Made by a program: the position numbers and the translations under genes. Shown here one piece after another: positions 1 through 8,449 of a stretch of DNA of 64,000 bases (its first letter is position 1; every line of letters begins with the position of its first letter). The DNA comes from Bacteroidetes bacterium HGW-Bacteroidetes-17 (GTDB taxonomy: Bacteria; Bacteroidota; Bacteroidia; Bacteroidales; GCA-2711565): the NCBI GenBank assembly GCA_002840985.1, contig PHDM01000002.1, forward strand, positions 3,662 through 67,661. The letters run 5' to 3'. The notes below the pieces were generated by a model. It saw only the letters and a program-made list of their open reading frames with translations. It ran no database searches and was not told the DNA's origin.

Positions 1-296
1 TCATATTTTGATCCATGGCATGGACAAATGATCTCGTCATTTTCTATTTTATTGATTTTGCAACCCAAATGGGTACATCGGGAAGAAAAGATGTTGATGT
101 CGTTATCCAGTCTTGAAATAATCACCGGCCCCGAAATACTAAGTCCGGGTGGTGGATCACTGATCCTGAATTCTCGGTTAGCGGATTGAAATTTTCGATG
201 ATCCTTTACCATCTGGTTCATCAGGTAGGCAAAGGGGATCAGGAGCAGATAAGCAAATATTTTGAAAAACTTCTTACGGCTTATTTTTGCAGGCAT
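1..296 (-). CDS. Rieske [2Fe-2S] domain protein, N-terminal part (gene continues past the left window edge)
   Basis: Manual minus-strand translation from the ATG at 296-294 gives MPAKISRKKFFKIFAYLLLIPFAYL...SSRCTHLGCKINKIENDEIICPCHGSKY. CxHxGC ... CxCHGS is the Rieske cluster-binding signature. One N-terminal TM helix. Confidence 0.6.
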   Translation of the reverse strand, partial: MPAKISRKKFFKIFAYLLLIPFAYLMNQMVKDHRKFQSANREFRISDPPPGLSISGPVIISRLDNDINIFSSRCTHLGCKINKIENDEIICPCHGSKY

Positions 297-373
297 CTCA
301 ATTGTACAATTTGATGCAAAAATAGTTAAACTCTAAACATGAATCTTTAGCTGCCCGCTATTTAGATTTTATC

Positions 374-1066
374 TTAGCCGTTCTGACTGATTGATAAAAG
401 TCGTTTTTGGTCGAGAATTTCAAATTCTTTTCCTTTTGCAGATACAATTTTATCCTTGTCAAAATCTTTGATAACCCTTGATAAACTTTCAGCCGACATT
501 GATGCCAATTCAGCAAGATCCTTACGTGAAAATGTAATGTTGAATTTGGGATTTTGATAAATTTTTTCTGATAAACATGAGATCAAATCAGCATATCGGC
601 CATGCATATTTTTTTGGGAAATGGAGAAAAAACGATCGTATGATTGAATCGTAGTTTCATTAATAATCTTTATCAATTCAGAAGAAAAGCAGGCATTTTC
701 CTGTGTGAAATTTCTGAATACATCAATGTTTAATAAACAAACTGTAGAATCTTCGTAAGTAACCGCTGAATAATGAAAAATCGGATCTCCGAATAAAGAA
801 GGTAAACCGATTAAATTCCCGGCAGGAACGATGGCGACAATCAGGTTTTTATCTTTTCCTTCGATGTAAAGTTTAATTAAGCCTTTTTTTAAGAACAGGA
901 TATGTGATGCAAAAGAACCCTGCTTGCATACCATCTCTCCGTTTTTATAATTAATTTCCAGACGATTCTCATCAATGACTTCCAATTCAGGAAGGGTTAG
1001 TTTTTTAAAGCAAGACGACTTATGGGTGCAAATTTTGCAGCTTTGTGTTTTCAGAGGAATGGCCAT
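374..1066 (-). CDS. Crp/Fnr family transcriptional regulator with N-terminal Cys cluster (Fnr-like)
   Basis: 230 aa. N-terminal CKICTHKSSC motif, cNMP-binding-like beta-roll (GEMVCKQGSFASHILFLKKGLIKLY), C-terminal HTH (RKDLAELASMSAESLSRVIKDF). Divergent from the psr-like operon. Confidence 0.85.
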   Translation of the reverse strand: MAIPLKTQSCKICTHKSSCFKKLTLPELEVIDENRLEINYKNGEMVCKQGSFASHILFLKKGLIKLYIEGKDKNLIVAIVPAGNLIGLPSLFGDPIFHYSAVTYEDSTVCLLNIDVFRNFTQENACFSSELIKIINETTIQSYDRFFSISQKNMHGRYADLISCLSEKIYQNPKFNITFSRKDLAELASMSAESLSRVIKDFDKDKIVSAKGKEFEILDQKRLLSISQNG

Positions 1067-1129
1067 ATAATCCTATACTATTTAATACAGTTATGCAAAA
1101 GTAATTTATTTACGTGCAATTATCGGTAA

Positions 1130-1152
1130 TAGATCAAATAATTCTTGATCTA
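1130..1152. promoter_or_regulatory. Candidate operator: perfect 8-bp inverted repeat TAGATCAA-N7-TTGATCTA in the crp/psrA divergent intergenic region
   Basis: Read directly from the sequence. Centre is ~117 nt upstream of the psrA-like ATG and ~75 nt upstream of the regulator ATG. Contains TTGAT/ATCAA half-sites, but in reversed order relative to the classic FNR box. Confidence 0.35.
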
Positions 1153-1257
1153 ATAGTGTTATTTTCATGATTCACCAGACCCATTTTTAACTATATTGTA
1201 TTGGCATGAATTATATATTTGCCGCAGGAAAATATTCAGATATATATATAAGTTATT

Positions 1258-3507
1258 ATGAAGACCAGAAGAGATTTTATAAAGATATCAGCTCTGGGAA
1301 CAGCAGGGATTGCGGTTGCAGCAAGTTCATTTTCTTATGCAAAAGGAAGTGGACTCTTCACTAAAGATGCAAGGCAATCTTTGGATGATTCTGATTTACA
1401 ACGAACGCCTACCTATTGCGAAGTGTGTTTTTGGAAATGTGCCGGATGGACTTATACAAATTCAACGAAAGAGATCGTCAAGATATTAGGGAATGATGAG
1501 GACCCTCATTGCAATGGAAGACTTTGTCCAAGAGGTACCGGAGGAGTGGGAATGTATAATGATAAGGACCGCTTAAAAACTCCCCTGATCAGAGTTAGGA
1601 AAGAAGATGGAAAGTCAACATTCAGAGAAGCCAGTTGGGATGAAGCATTTGACTTTATTGCCACTAATTTAAAAAAAGTTGGAGCTGAATTTGGCCCTGA
1701 AAGCATTGCTTTATTCAATCATGGATCTTCAGGACATCACATGGGACATTTGTTACAAGCATTTGGCTCAACCAATATTGTAGCTCCATCTTATGCACAA
1801 TGCCGGGGCCCTCGGGAAGTTGGATTTACATCAACTTTTGGTGTCGGTGTGGGGTCACCTGAGCCAACAGATATCCGCGACACAAAATGCATGGTTCTGA
1901 TCGGTTCTCATATTGGTGAAAACATGCATAATGGGCAGGTTCAGGAAATGTCAATGGCCATTGATAACGGTGCTACCATTATTACCATTGACCCACGTTT
2001 TTCGACTGCCGCCAGTAAATCAAAATTCTGGTTGCCGATTAAGCCGGCTACTGATATGGCTTTGCTTTTAGCGTGGATTCACGTGATAATCAACGAAGAA
2101 TTATACGATAAAAAATACGTTGAAAAATATACTTATGGATTTGACCTGTTAAAAAAACATGTTGAAAATATGACCCCGGAATGGGCTTATGGGATCACTA
2201 CTATCAAACCTGATGTGATTCGCAAAACTGCCCGTGAAATGGGAAATGCTTCACCTTCTGTGATTGTTCATCCTGGCAGGCATGCTACCTGGTATGGAGA
2301 TGATACACAGCGGTCCAGGGCCATTGCGATCCTGAATGCATTATTGGGTTCGTGGGGTCGTCGTGGAGGTTTTTATTTCAAAGAAGCCCTTCATGTTCCA
2401 CATTATCCAACTCCTGCTTATCCTAAACCAAAATGGTCGTGGAGAGAAGCGATGAACGGAAAATATCCATTGGCCGGATGATCTGTTTCTAATGCCCTGA
2501 TTGACGCTTCTATTCCTTCGGATGATAATAAATATCAGATTCATGCATGGATCGTTTCAGGTACAAATCTGCCTTTGACCATGCCTGATAAAACAACACT
2601 CAAAAAGGCAATGGATGCACTTGACTTTATGGTAGTTGTTGATACCATGCCTATGGAAATAACAGGATATGCAGATGTGGTATTGCCTGAATGTACTTAT
2701 CTTGAGCGATATGACGACTTAAGGGTAGAACCACATCGAATTCCAAGTATTGCAGTTCGTATGCCTGCCGCAAAACCTAAATATGATTCTATGCCAAGCT
2801 GGTGGATGGCAAAGAAAATTGCCGACAAGATGGATTTAGGACATTATTTTCCATGGGATGATTATTCAGAAGTTATTGACTGGCAACTTAAGGAATTGGG
2901 GACCTCTCTCGAAGAAATGAAAACCCTTGGCGTGAAAAAGTTTGATCGGGAATCAGGTGCACTCTATCTCAGAGAAGGGGATGACTTTGAGTTTAGTACA
3001 AATACCGGTAAAATAGAACTTTATGCAACTGATCTGGCTGAACATGGTTTCGATCCAATGCCAATTTACACTGCACATCCGGAGCCACCTTCGGGCTTTT
3101 ATCGATTGATTTACGGGCGGGCCCCAATGCATACGTTTAGCCGTACGGCCAACAATCCAAATTTGACCGACCTGATGCATGAAAATGCAGTTTGGATCAA
3201 TCCGAAAGTTGCCAAATTGTGGAGCCTTAAAAAGGATCAATATGTTTGGCTTAAAAATCAGGATGGACAAGTTTCCACCTTCCCAATAAAAGTAAGGGTT
3301 ACTGAAAGAATCAGATGGGATTCGGTTTATATGGTTCATGGATTTGGACATAGCAATAAAAACCTGAAAACAGCTTTTGGACACGGAGTCAGTGATTCCG
3401 AATTAATTACCAATGTTATGATCGACCCTATTATGGGTGGAACCGGAATGAGAGGGAATTTTATCACATTTATTACCGAAGATCCGGGAAAGGAGGCTAA
3501 ATTATGA
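1258..3507 (+). CDS. Molybdopterin (bis-MGD) oxidoreductase catalytic subunit, PsrA/PhsA-like (polysulfide/thiosulfate reductase clade), interrupted by one in-frame TGA at 2479-2481 (track ORFs 1258-2481 plus 2575-3507)
   Basis: Tat signal MKTRRDFIKISALGTAGIAVAASSFSYA. N-terminal [4Fe-4S] motif CEVCFWKC...C. Candidate Mo-ligand Cys in YAQCRGPRE (residue 182). Both track ORFs are in frame 1, and codons 2482-2574 contain no further stop. Combined length of 749 codons fits this family. Followed by 4Fe-4S and NrfD subunits. Confidence 0.85.
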
Positions 3508-4037
3508 GATATGCAATGGCAATTGACACCAAAAAATGTGTCGGGTGCAGCGATTGTGTTGTAGCGTGTCAGACAGAAAATAATGTTCCTCACGGTTATT
3601 GCCGCGATTGGGTGGTTGAAGTCATGGATGGAACCTATCCAAACCTTGAACTTGAAATCCGTTCGGAGCGATGTAATCACTGTGATAATTCACCATGTGT
3701 GAGATGTTGCCCTACGGGTGCAAGCCATTATGAAGCAGGAGGAATCGTAACGGTAACAGCTAATGAATGTATTGGTTGTGGAGCATGTATCGAATCATGT
3801 CCATACGATGCAAGGTATTCTCATCCGGATGGATATGTGGATAAATGTACATTCTGTCTGCACCGGGTTGAAAAAGGCGAAAAACCTGCCTGCGTGTCGG
3901 TTTGTCCAACCAACTGTATGTATTTTGGTGATTTGGAAGATCCGGACAGCGATGTTTCACAAGCATTACAAAACAGAAAATATAAAACACTGGCACCTGA
4001 AGCAGGAACAAAACCCCAGATTTATTATTTGATCTAA
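3504..4037 (+). CDS. 4Fe-4S ferredoxin-type electron-transfer subunit (PsrB/PhsB-like)
   Basis: 177 aa with four Cys clusters (CVGCSDCVVAC; CNHCDNSPCVRCCP; CIGCGACIESCP; CTFC...CVSVCP). ATGA overlap with the upstream subunit. Confidence 0.9.
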   Translation: MRYAMAIDTKKCVGCSDCVVACQTENNVPHGYCRDWVVEVMDGTYPNLELEIRSERCNHCDNSPCVRCCPTGASHYEAGGIVTVTANECIGCGACIESCPYDARYSHPDGYVDKCTFCLHRVEKGEKPACVSVCPTNCMYFGDLEDPDSDVSQALQNRKYKTLAPEAGTKPQIYYLI

Positions 4038-4116
4038 AAAAATGCAATTTCAAATCAAACGAAAGATTTACCCGATTAATCTTTCTGACAAAAAAATGAT
4101 TATAAAAATTTAGCAT

Positions 4117-5058
4117 ATGAAAGAAGAAATTTTTGTTAGTGGCCGGAATATTCCAAATATTGATCCGTTTCTGCATATCTGGCATTGGCAAATCCCGCTT
4201 TATTTGTTTTTAGGCGGATTAGCTGCAGGAATTATGTTTTTCGCTTCATTATATACCATTCTTGGAAAGGAAAAAGAAATGCCGACTACTGTTAAATGGG
4301 CAGTATTTTTGGTGCCGGCAGCTTTAGTTCTTGGATTATTTGCACTGTTCCTTGATTTGAAACATCAATGGTATTTCTGGAGATTATATTTAACAGTAAG
4401 GTTTGAGTCACCAATGTCATGGGGGGCATGGGTTTTAATGCTGATTACACCATTATCAATGATGTGGGTATCCAGTTATATCAAAGAATTATATCCTAAA
4501 TGGGATTGGAAATTCGAAATCCTAAATAAGTTTGAGAAATTGATCATCGAATATCGTAAGTCGTTAGCTTGGGCTTTACTCATCTTATCTGTCATTTTAG
4601 GGATCTATACCGGAATTTTATTATCGGCTTTTAATGCCCGGCCTTTATGGAATACTGCTATTCTTGGACCATTATTCCTTGTTTCGGGATTATCAACCGG
4701 GGCAGCTGCCATCATGTGGATGTCGAAAAGCCATATCGAAAGAAGTTTCATGAGCAAAGTAGATTTAATATTGATTGGAATTGAACTTTTCTTTATCATC
4801 CACCTGTTTATGGGATTTATGGCAAGCACGGCCGTTCAAATTAATGCTGCTGAACTTTTCATGGGTGGTCAGTTTACAGTTTCTTTTTGGGTTTTTGTGG
4901 TGATATTGGGTCTTGTATTCCCGGCAATTTTGGAAATCCTTGAATTAAGAGGATATAAAATTCCTGTTGCTATTCCTGCATTGCTGATCTTATTCGGCGG
5001 CTTAATGTTTCGATTCATCATGGTTGAAGCAGGGCAAATCACAAGGTATTTATATTAG
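4117..5058 (+). CDS. NrfD/PsrC-like polytopic membrane quinol-interacting subunit
   Basis: 313 aa with about 8 predicted TM helices. Occupies the third position of a Mo-oxidoreductase/FeS/anchor operon. Confidence 0.8.
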   Translation: MKEEIFVSGRNIPNIDPFLHIWHWQIPLYLFLGGLAAGIMFFASLYTILGKEKEMPTTVKWAVFLVPAALVLGLFALFLDLKHQWYFWRLYLTVRFESPMSWGAWVLMLITPLSMMWVSSYIKELYPKWDWKFEILNKFEKLIIEYRKSLAWALLILSVILGIYTGILLSAFNARPLWNTAILGPLFLVSGLSTGAAAIMWMSKSHIERSFMSKVDLILIGIELFFIIHLFMGFMASTAVQINAAELFMGGQFTVSFWVFVVILGLVFPAILEILELRGYKIPVAIPALLILFGGLMFRFIMVEAGQITRYLY

Positions 5059-5109
5059 ATCGATCAATCATGTTTGATGAATATTAGTTTTTACTAAAAG
5101 AGAATAAAA

Positions 5110-5640
5110 ATGAAATCAAATCAAAAAGAGCGAAGCAAGAAATACTTTAACCCTTATTTTGGGGGTGTACTTCTGGGATTACTTTTGCTCCTAACCTTTT
5201 ATATAACTGGTAGAGGGCTAGGTGCCAGCGGAGCAGTGAAAAGCACTGTAGTTGCTGCTGTACATACTGTAACTCCTGATTTTGCAGAGCAATCTCATTA
5301 CCTGAGTAAATTTATTAGTGATGATAATCACCCGATGAATAATTGGTTGGTTTTTGAAACATTGGGTATTCTTGCTGGGGCATTTTTATCCGGAGCCCTT
5401 TCAGGAAGATTAAAATTAAAAGTGGAACATTCACCCAAAATTACCTCTAAGCGTAGATTGATTTTTGCTGCAATGGGCGGCCTATTATTTGGGATTGGTT
5501 CACAACTTGGACGAGGATGTACCAGTGGTGCTGCTTTAAGCGGGATGGCTAGTCTGGCAACTTCGGGCTTTATTGCAATGATTACCATTTTTGGTACCGC
5601 ATTCGTGTTTGCTTATTTGTTTAGAAAAAATTGGATTTAA
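5110..5640 (+). CDS. YeeE/YedE family sulfur-compound transporter, half-size protein 1
   Basis: 176 aa membrane protein. Motifs GRGLGASG and GRGCTSGAALSG are typical of the YeeE/YedE (DUF395) repeat. Confidence 0.8.
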   Translation: MKSNQKERSKKYFNPYFGGVLLGLLLLLTFYITGRGLGASGAVKSTVVAAVHTVTPDFAEQSHYLSKFISDDNHPMNNWLVFETLGILAGAFLSGALSGRLKLKVEHSPKITSKRRLIFAAMGGLLFGIGSQLGRGCTSGAALSGMASLATSGFIAMITIFGTAFVFAYLFRKNWI

Positions 5641-5658
5641 TAACTTAAAATATATATT

Positions 5659-6249
5659 ATGGGACCTTTAATTCCTTTAGGTATCATTGGAAGTGAATGG
5701 GATTTGGTGATCGCTATATTGATCGGATTTGCATTTGGTTTCATTTTAGAATCATCCGGATTTTCATCTTCAAGAAAATTAGCAGGTGTTTTTTATGGCT
5801 ACGATTTCGTGGTGCTTAAAGTATTTTTTACCGCAGCCATTGTAGCAATGCTTGGTTTATTATACTTTAGTTATCTGGGTTGGATCGATATCAATCTGGT
5901 CTTTGTAAATCCAACATTTATTGCTTCATCCATTGTAGGAGGAATCATAATGGGAGTTGGATTTATTTCTGGAGGTTATTGCCCCGGTACCAGTTTTTGT
6001 GGTGCAGCGATTGGTAAAATTGATGCCATGATATTTACGGCAGGAATGTTTATCGGGATTCTGGTTTTCTCAGAAGCATTTCCTTTGTTTGAAAGCCTTT
6101 ACAATAGTGGAAATCTGGGTTCATTAAAAATAACGGAAACATTAGGAATTTCAGCACCCTTATTTGTGTTTGTCGTAATCCTTGTAGCCATTCCGTTATT
6201 TTATATTGTTACAAGAATCGAAAAAAAGGTAAAAAAAGTTAATTATTAA
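5659..6249 (+). CDS. YeeE/YedE family sulfur-compound transporter, half-size protein 2
   Basis: 196 aa membrane protein with the GGYCPGTSFCGAAIG motif. Adjacent to half 1, the usual split arrangement. Confidence 0.8.
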   Translation: MGPLIPLGIIGSEWDLVIAILIGFAFGFILESSGFSSSRKLAGVFYGYDFVVLKVFFTAAIVAMLGLLYFSYLGWIDINLVFVNPTFIASSIVGGIIMGVGFISGGYCPGTSFCGAAIGKIDAMIFTAGMFIGILVFSEAFPLFESLYNSGNLGSLKITETLGISAPLFVFVVILVAIPLFYIVTRIEKKVKKVNY

Positions 6250-6259
6250 AACTGAGGTG

Positions 6260-6874
6260 ATGAATTTAAAATATAGTTTGTTAGCAGCAATATTGGTGAT
6301 CCTTGGATTCGTCTTATTAATTCTTCCGGCTAAGGAGCAATTACCGGAAACCAATCCTGAGGTTTTACAATACGAATTAAACGAAGTAACACACTTTATC
6401 AGTACTGATAAAGTAGCAGAACGGATCATCAATCAGGACCCCACGCTCTTATTAATCGATGTTCGTATGGCTGATGATTATCTAAATTATTCATTGCCGG
6501 GTGCCGAAAATATTCCACTTAAAGAGATTCTGCATCCTGATTGGGATGACTTACTCAATCAAACAGACAGGGATATCGTATTTTATTCAAATGCTGATGT
6601 GTATGCAGAGCAAGCATGGATGTTTGCCAGAAGAAAGGGTTACAAGAAATTGTTTGTGATGCAAGGCGGATTGAATAATTGGTTTGCGACCATCATTCAA
6701 CCGACAGAACCTCCAGAAACTTCATCAACAAAAGAAATTGAAGCCTATCAGTTTAGAAAAGCAGCCGGAATTTATTTTTGTGGCGGACAAGCTATAGTTT
6801 CAGAAGTTAATCCACAAGATGCTCTCGTGATCACACGAAAAAATAAAAAAACAAAAGTTGAAGGTGGTTGTTAA
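6260..6874 (+). CDS. Membrane-anchored rhodanese-homology domain protein lacking the active-site Cys, C-terminal ...KKTKVEGGC
   Basis: N-terminal TM (LLAAILVILGFVLLILPA). Rhodanese fold (LLIDVR...LPGAENIP...IVFYSNADVYAEQAW...GYKKLFVMQGGLNNW). The catalytic-loop position is Ser. Track ORF starts at GTG 6257; an ATG lies at 6260. Confidence 0.8.
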   Translation: MNLKYSLLAAILVILGFVLLILPAKEQLPETNPEVLQYELNEVTHFISTDKVAERIINQDPTLLLIDVRMADDYLNYSLPGAENIPLKEILHPDWDDLLNQTDRDIVFYSNADVYAEQAWMFARRKGYKKLFVMQGGLNNWFATIIQPTEPPETSSTKEIEAYQFRKAAGIYFCGGQAIVSEVNPQDALVITRKNKKTKVEGGC

Positions 6875-6921
6875 TCTTGCTTAAGTAAAAATTTTAGAGA
6901 ATAAGATAAATTCTATAAGAC

Positions 6922-7569
6922 ATGAAAGATACAAATCAACGAACCAACAGATTATCCATAGCTGCCATATTTTTTGTTCTGGTAATAATCATCGGTTTTA
7001 TTACGCTGCATAAACCTGAATTTGAATTTAAAGTGCCAATCGATCAGGCTTTAGATCAGGTTCTTTCTTTTGAAGATGAAATGACTCCGGAAAAAGCTAC
7101 GGACATTGTTTCGAATAATATGGCTGGATATCAATTTGTAGATGTACGAAATCCATATGAATTTGCGAAAGGGCATATTGAAACTGCAATTAATATCTCA
7201 AGTAAAGAGTTATTAGCCTCTGATAATGTGGCTTTATTTGATCAAATGACTAAGGATTCAGTAAGAGTTATATTATATGGATACAATCAAAGTGAAGCCA
7301 ATGGTTCTTGGATGATACTCAAACAGTTGGGCTATAAAAATGTGAAAATACTTCTTGGAGGATATGAATATTATTCAGGCGAAAAATACAATATGTTCAG
7401 TGAATCAGAAATCCCTCAATATATGGTTGAACAACCAAAGTATAATTTTGCTGCCTTAATGGAGGAATTATCGGATGGAAATTCTGCCATTAAACCCGGA
7501 AACAATCACACCGAAGTTATAATTCCCGAACGCAAAAAGAAAAAGAGCAAAGTTGAGGGTGGATGTTAA
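6922..7569 (+). CDS. Membrane-anchored rhodanese-homology domain protein lacking the active-site Cys, C-terminal ...KKKSKVEGGC
   Basis: N-terminal TM (LSIAAIFFVLVIIIGFITL). Rhodanese fold (FVDVRNPYEFAKGHIETAINI...VILYGYNQSEANGSW...GYKNVKILLGGYEYY). The catalytic-loop position is Gly. Confidence 0.8.
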   Translation: MKDTNQRTNRLSIAAIFFVLVIIIGFITLHKPEFEFKVPIDQALDQVLSFEDEMTPEKATDIVSNNMAGYQFVDVRNPYEFAKGHIETAINISSKELLASDNVALFDQMTKDSVRVILYGYNQSEANGSWMILKQLGYKNVKILLGGYEYYSGEKYNMFSESEIPQYMVEQPKYNFAALMEELSDGNSAIKPGNNHTEVIIPERKKKKSKVEGGC

Positions 7570-7585
7570 TTGATATTAGATGAAT

Positions 7586-8281
7586 TTATCCTAGTTTACA
7601 GACGCTTTCTAATCGATCAGGATCTAGCAACTTTATCCTTTTCCCATCAATATGAATAATCTTATCTTTACGGAATTCAGATAAAATCCGGATCACATTT
7701 TCAGTGGTCATTTCAATTAATTCTGCAATTTCACGCCTTGAAATGGGTAGTTCAAATTCATCCTGCTGGTAGATGTGAGTTGAAAAAAAGATGAGAATGT
7801 AAGCAATTCTTCCCCTTAAATGCTTTTTGTTGATTTCAAATCTTTTTTCAATAATATCATCGTACATCTTACTCATTTTTTTCATGATATCGATGGCAAA
7901 AGCCCCATTATTTTTGATCACTTCTTTTAATGCTTCCATATCCAAAGAACAAACAACTGAATCTTCAAGCGCGGAAATTGAATATTTGTAAGTCGAAAGA
8001 GAAAACATGCTTAATAGCGATATAAAATCACGAGGCTTAGCGATGCTTATGATTTGATCCTTATTATTAGGAGATTGCTTGTAAAGTTTTACCAAACCTT
8101 GCTTTAAGTAAAGGAAAGCGGCGATATCCTGACCTTCAGTACTGATGATTTCACCTTTTTTGAATAACATTTCCTTCTTATTTCTATTCAGTAAATTCAG
8201 TTCATCATCATTTAGGCCGCCAAATAACAGTCCTTTGTAAATACATGCTTTACAGTGATTTGAATTGATTATCTCAGGCAT
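7586..8281 (-). CDS. Crp/Fnr family transcriptional regulator (second paralog)
   Basis: 231 aa. N-terminal HCKACIYKG, cNMP-binding-like domain, C-terminal HTH (RREIAELIEMTTENVIRILSEF). Divergent from the SQR-like operon. Confidence 0.85.
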   Translation of the reverse strand: MPEIINSNHCKACIYKGLLFGGLNDDELNLLNRNKKEMLFKKGEIISTEGQDIAAFLYLKQGLVKLYKQSPNNKDQIISIAKPRDFISLLSMFSLSTYKYSISALEDSVVCSLDMEALKEVIKNNGAFAIDIMKKMSKMYDDIIEKRFEINKKHLRGRIAYILIFFSTHIYQQDEFELPISRREIAELIEMTTENVIRILSEFRKDKIIHIDGKRIKLLDPDRLESVCKLG

Positions 8282-8322
8282 ATTTATGCTGTTTTATTAA
8301 ACATATCTATAAAATTAAATAC

Positions 8323-8338
8323 TATGATATATATCATA
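8323..8338. promoter_or_regulatory. Candidate Crp/Fnr-type box: perfect palindrome TATGATATATATCATA (core TGAT-N4-ATCA)
   Basis: Read directly from the sequence. Centre is ~119 nt upstream of the SQR-like ATG and ~49 nt upstream of the divergent regulator ATG. Resembles the FNR consensus TTGAT-N4-ATCAA. Confidence 0.45.
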
Positions 8339-8449
8339 TCTAGAAACTTGCATAGGTTCTAAAGCATTGTTAATTTTGTAACAATTAAATATTGAATCTA
8401 GATAAATACTTACATACAAACATACAAATATTATAAAATATAACATCAG

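Noticed and set aside
2479-2481. Genome-wide reassignment of TGA (code 4 or 25) as the explanation for the in-frame TGA in the PsrA-like gene
   Set aside because: TGA clearly terminates other well-supported genes in the window. Examples are 3505-3507 (ATGA overlap with the FeS subunit), 18980-18982 (histidine kinase), 39021-39023 and 52189-52191 (hisS). No other gene shows internal TGA codons.
1506-4191. Multiple antisense or alternate-frame ORFs within the psrABC-like genes (1506-1718, 2341-2544, 2953-3384, 3336-3680, 3760-4191, 3763-4032)
   Set aside because: All overlap strongly supported coding regions and have no recognisable motifs. This is typical spurious six-frame output.
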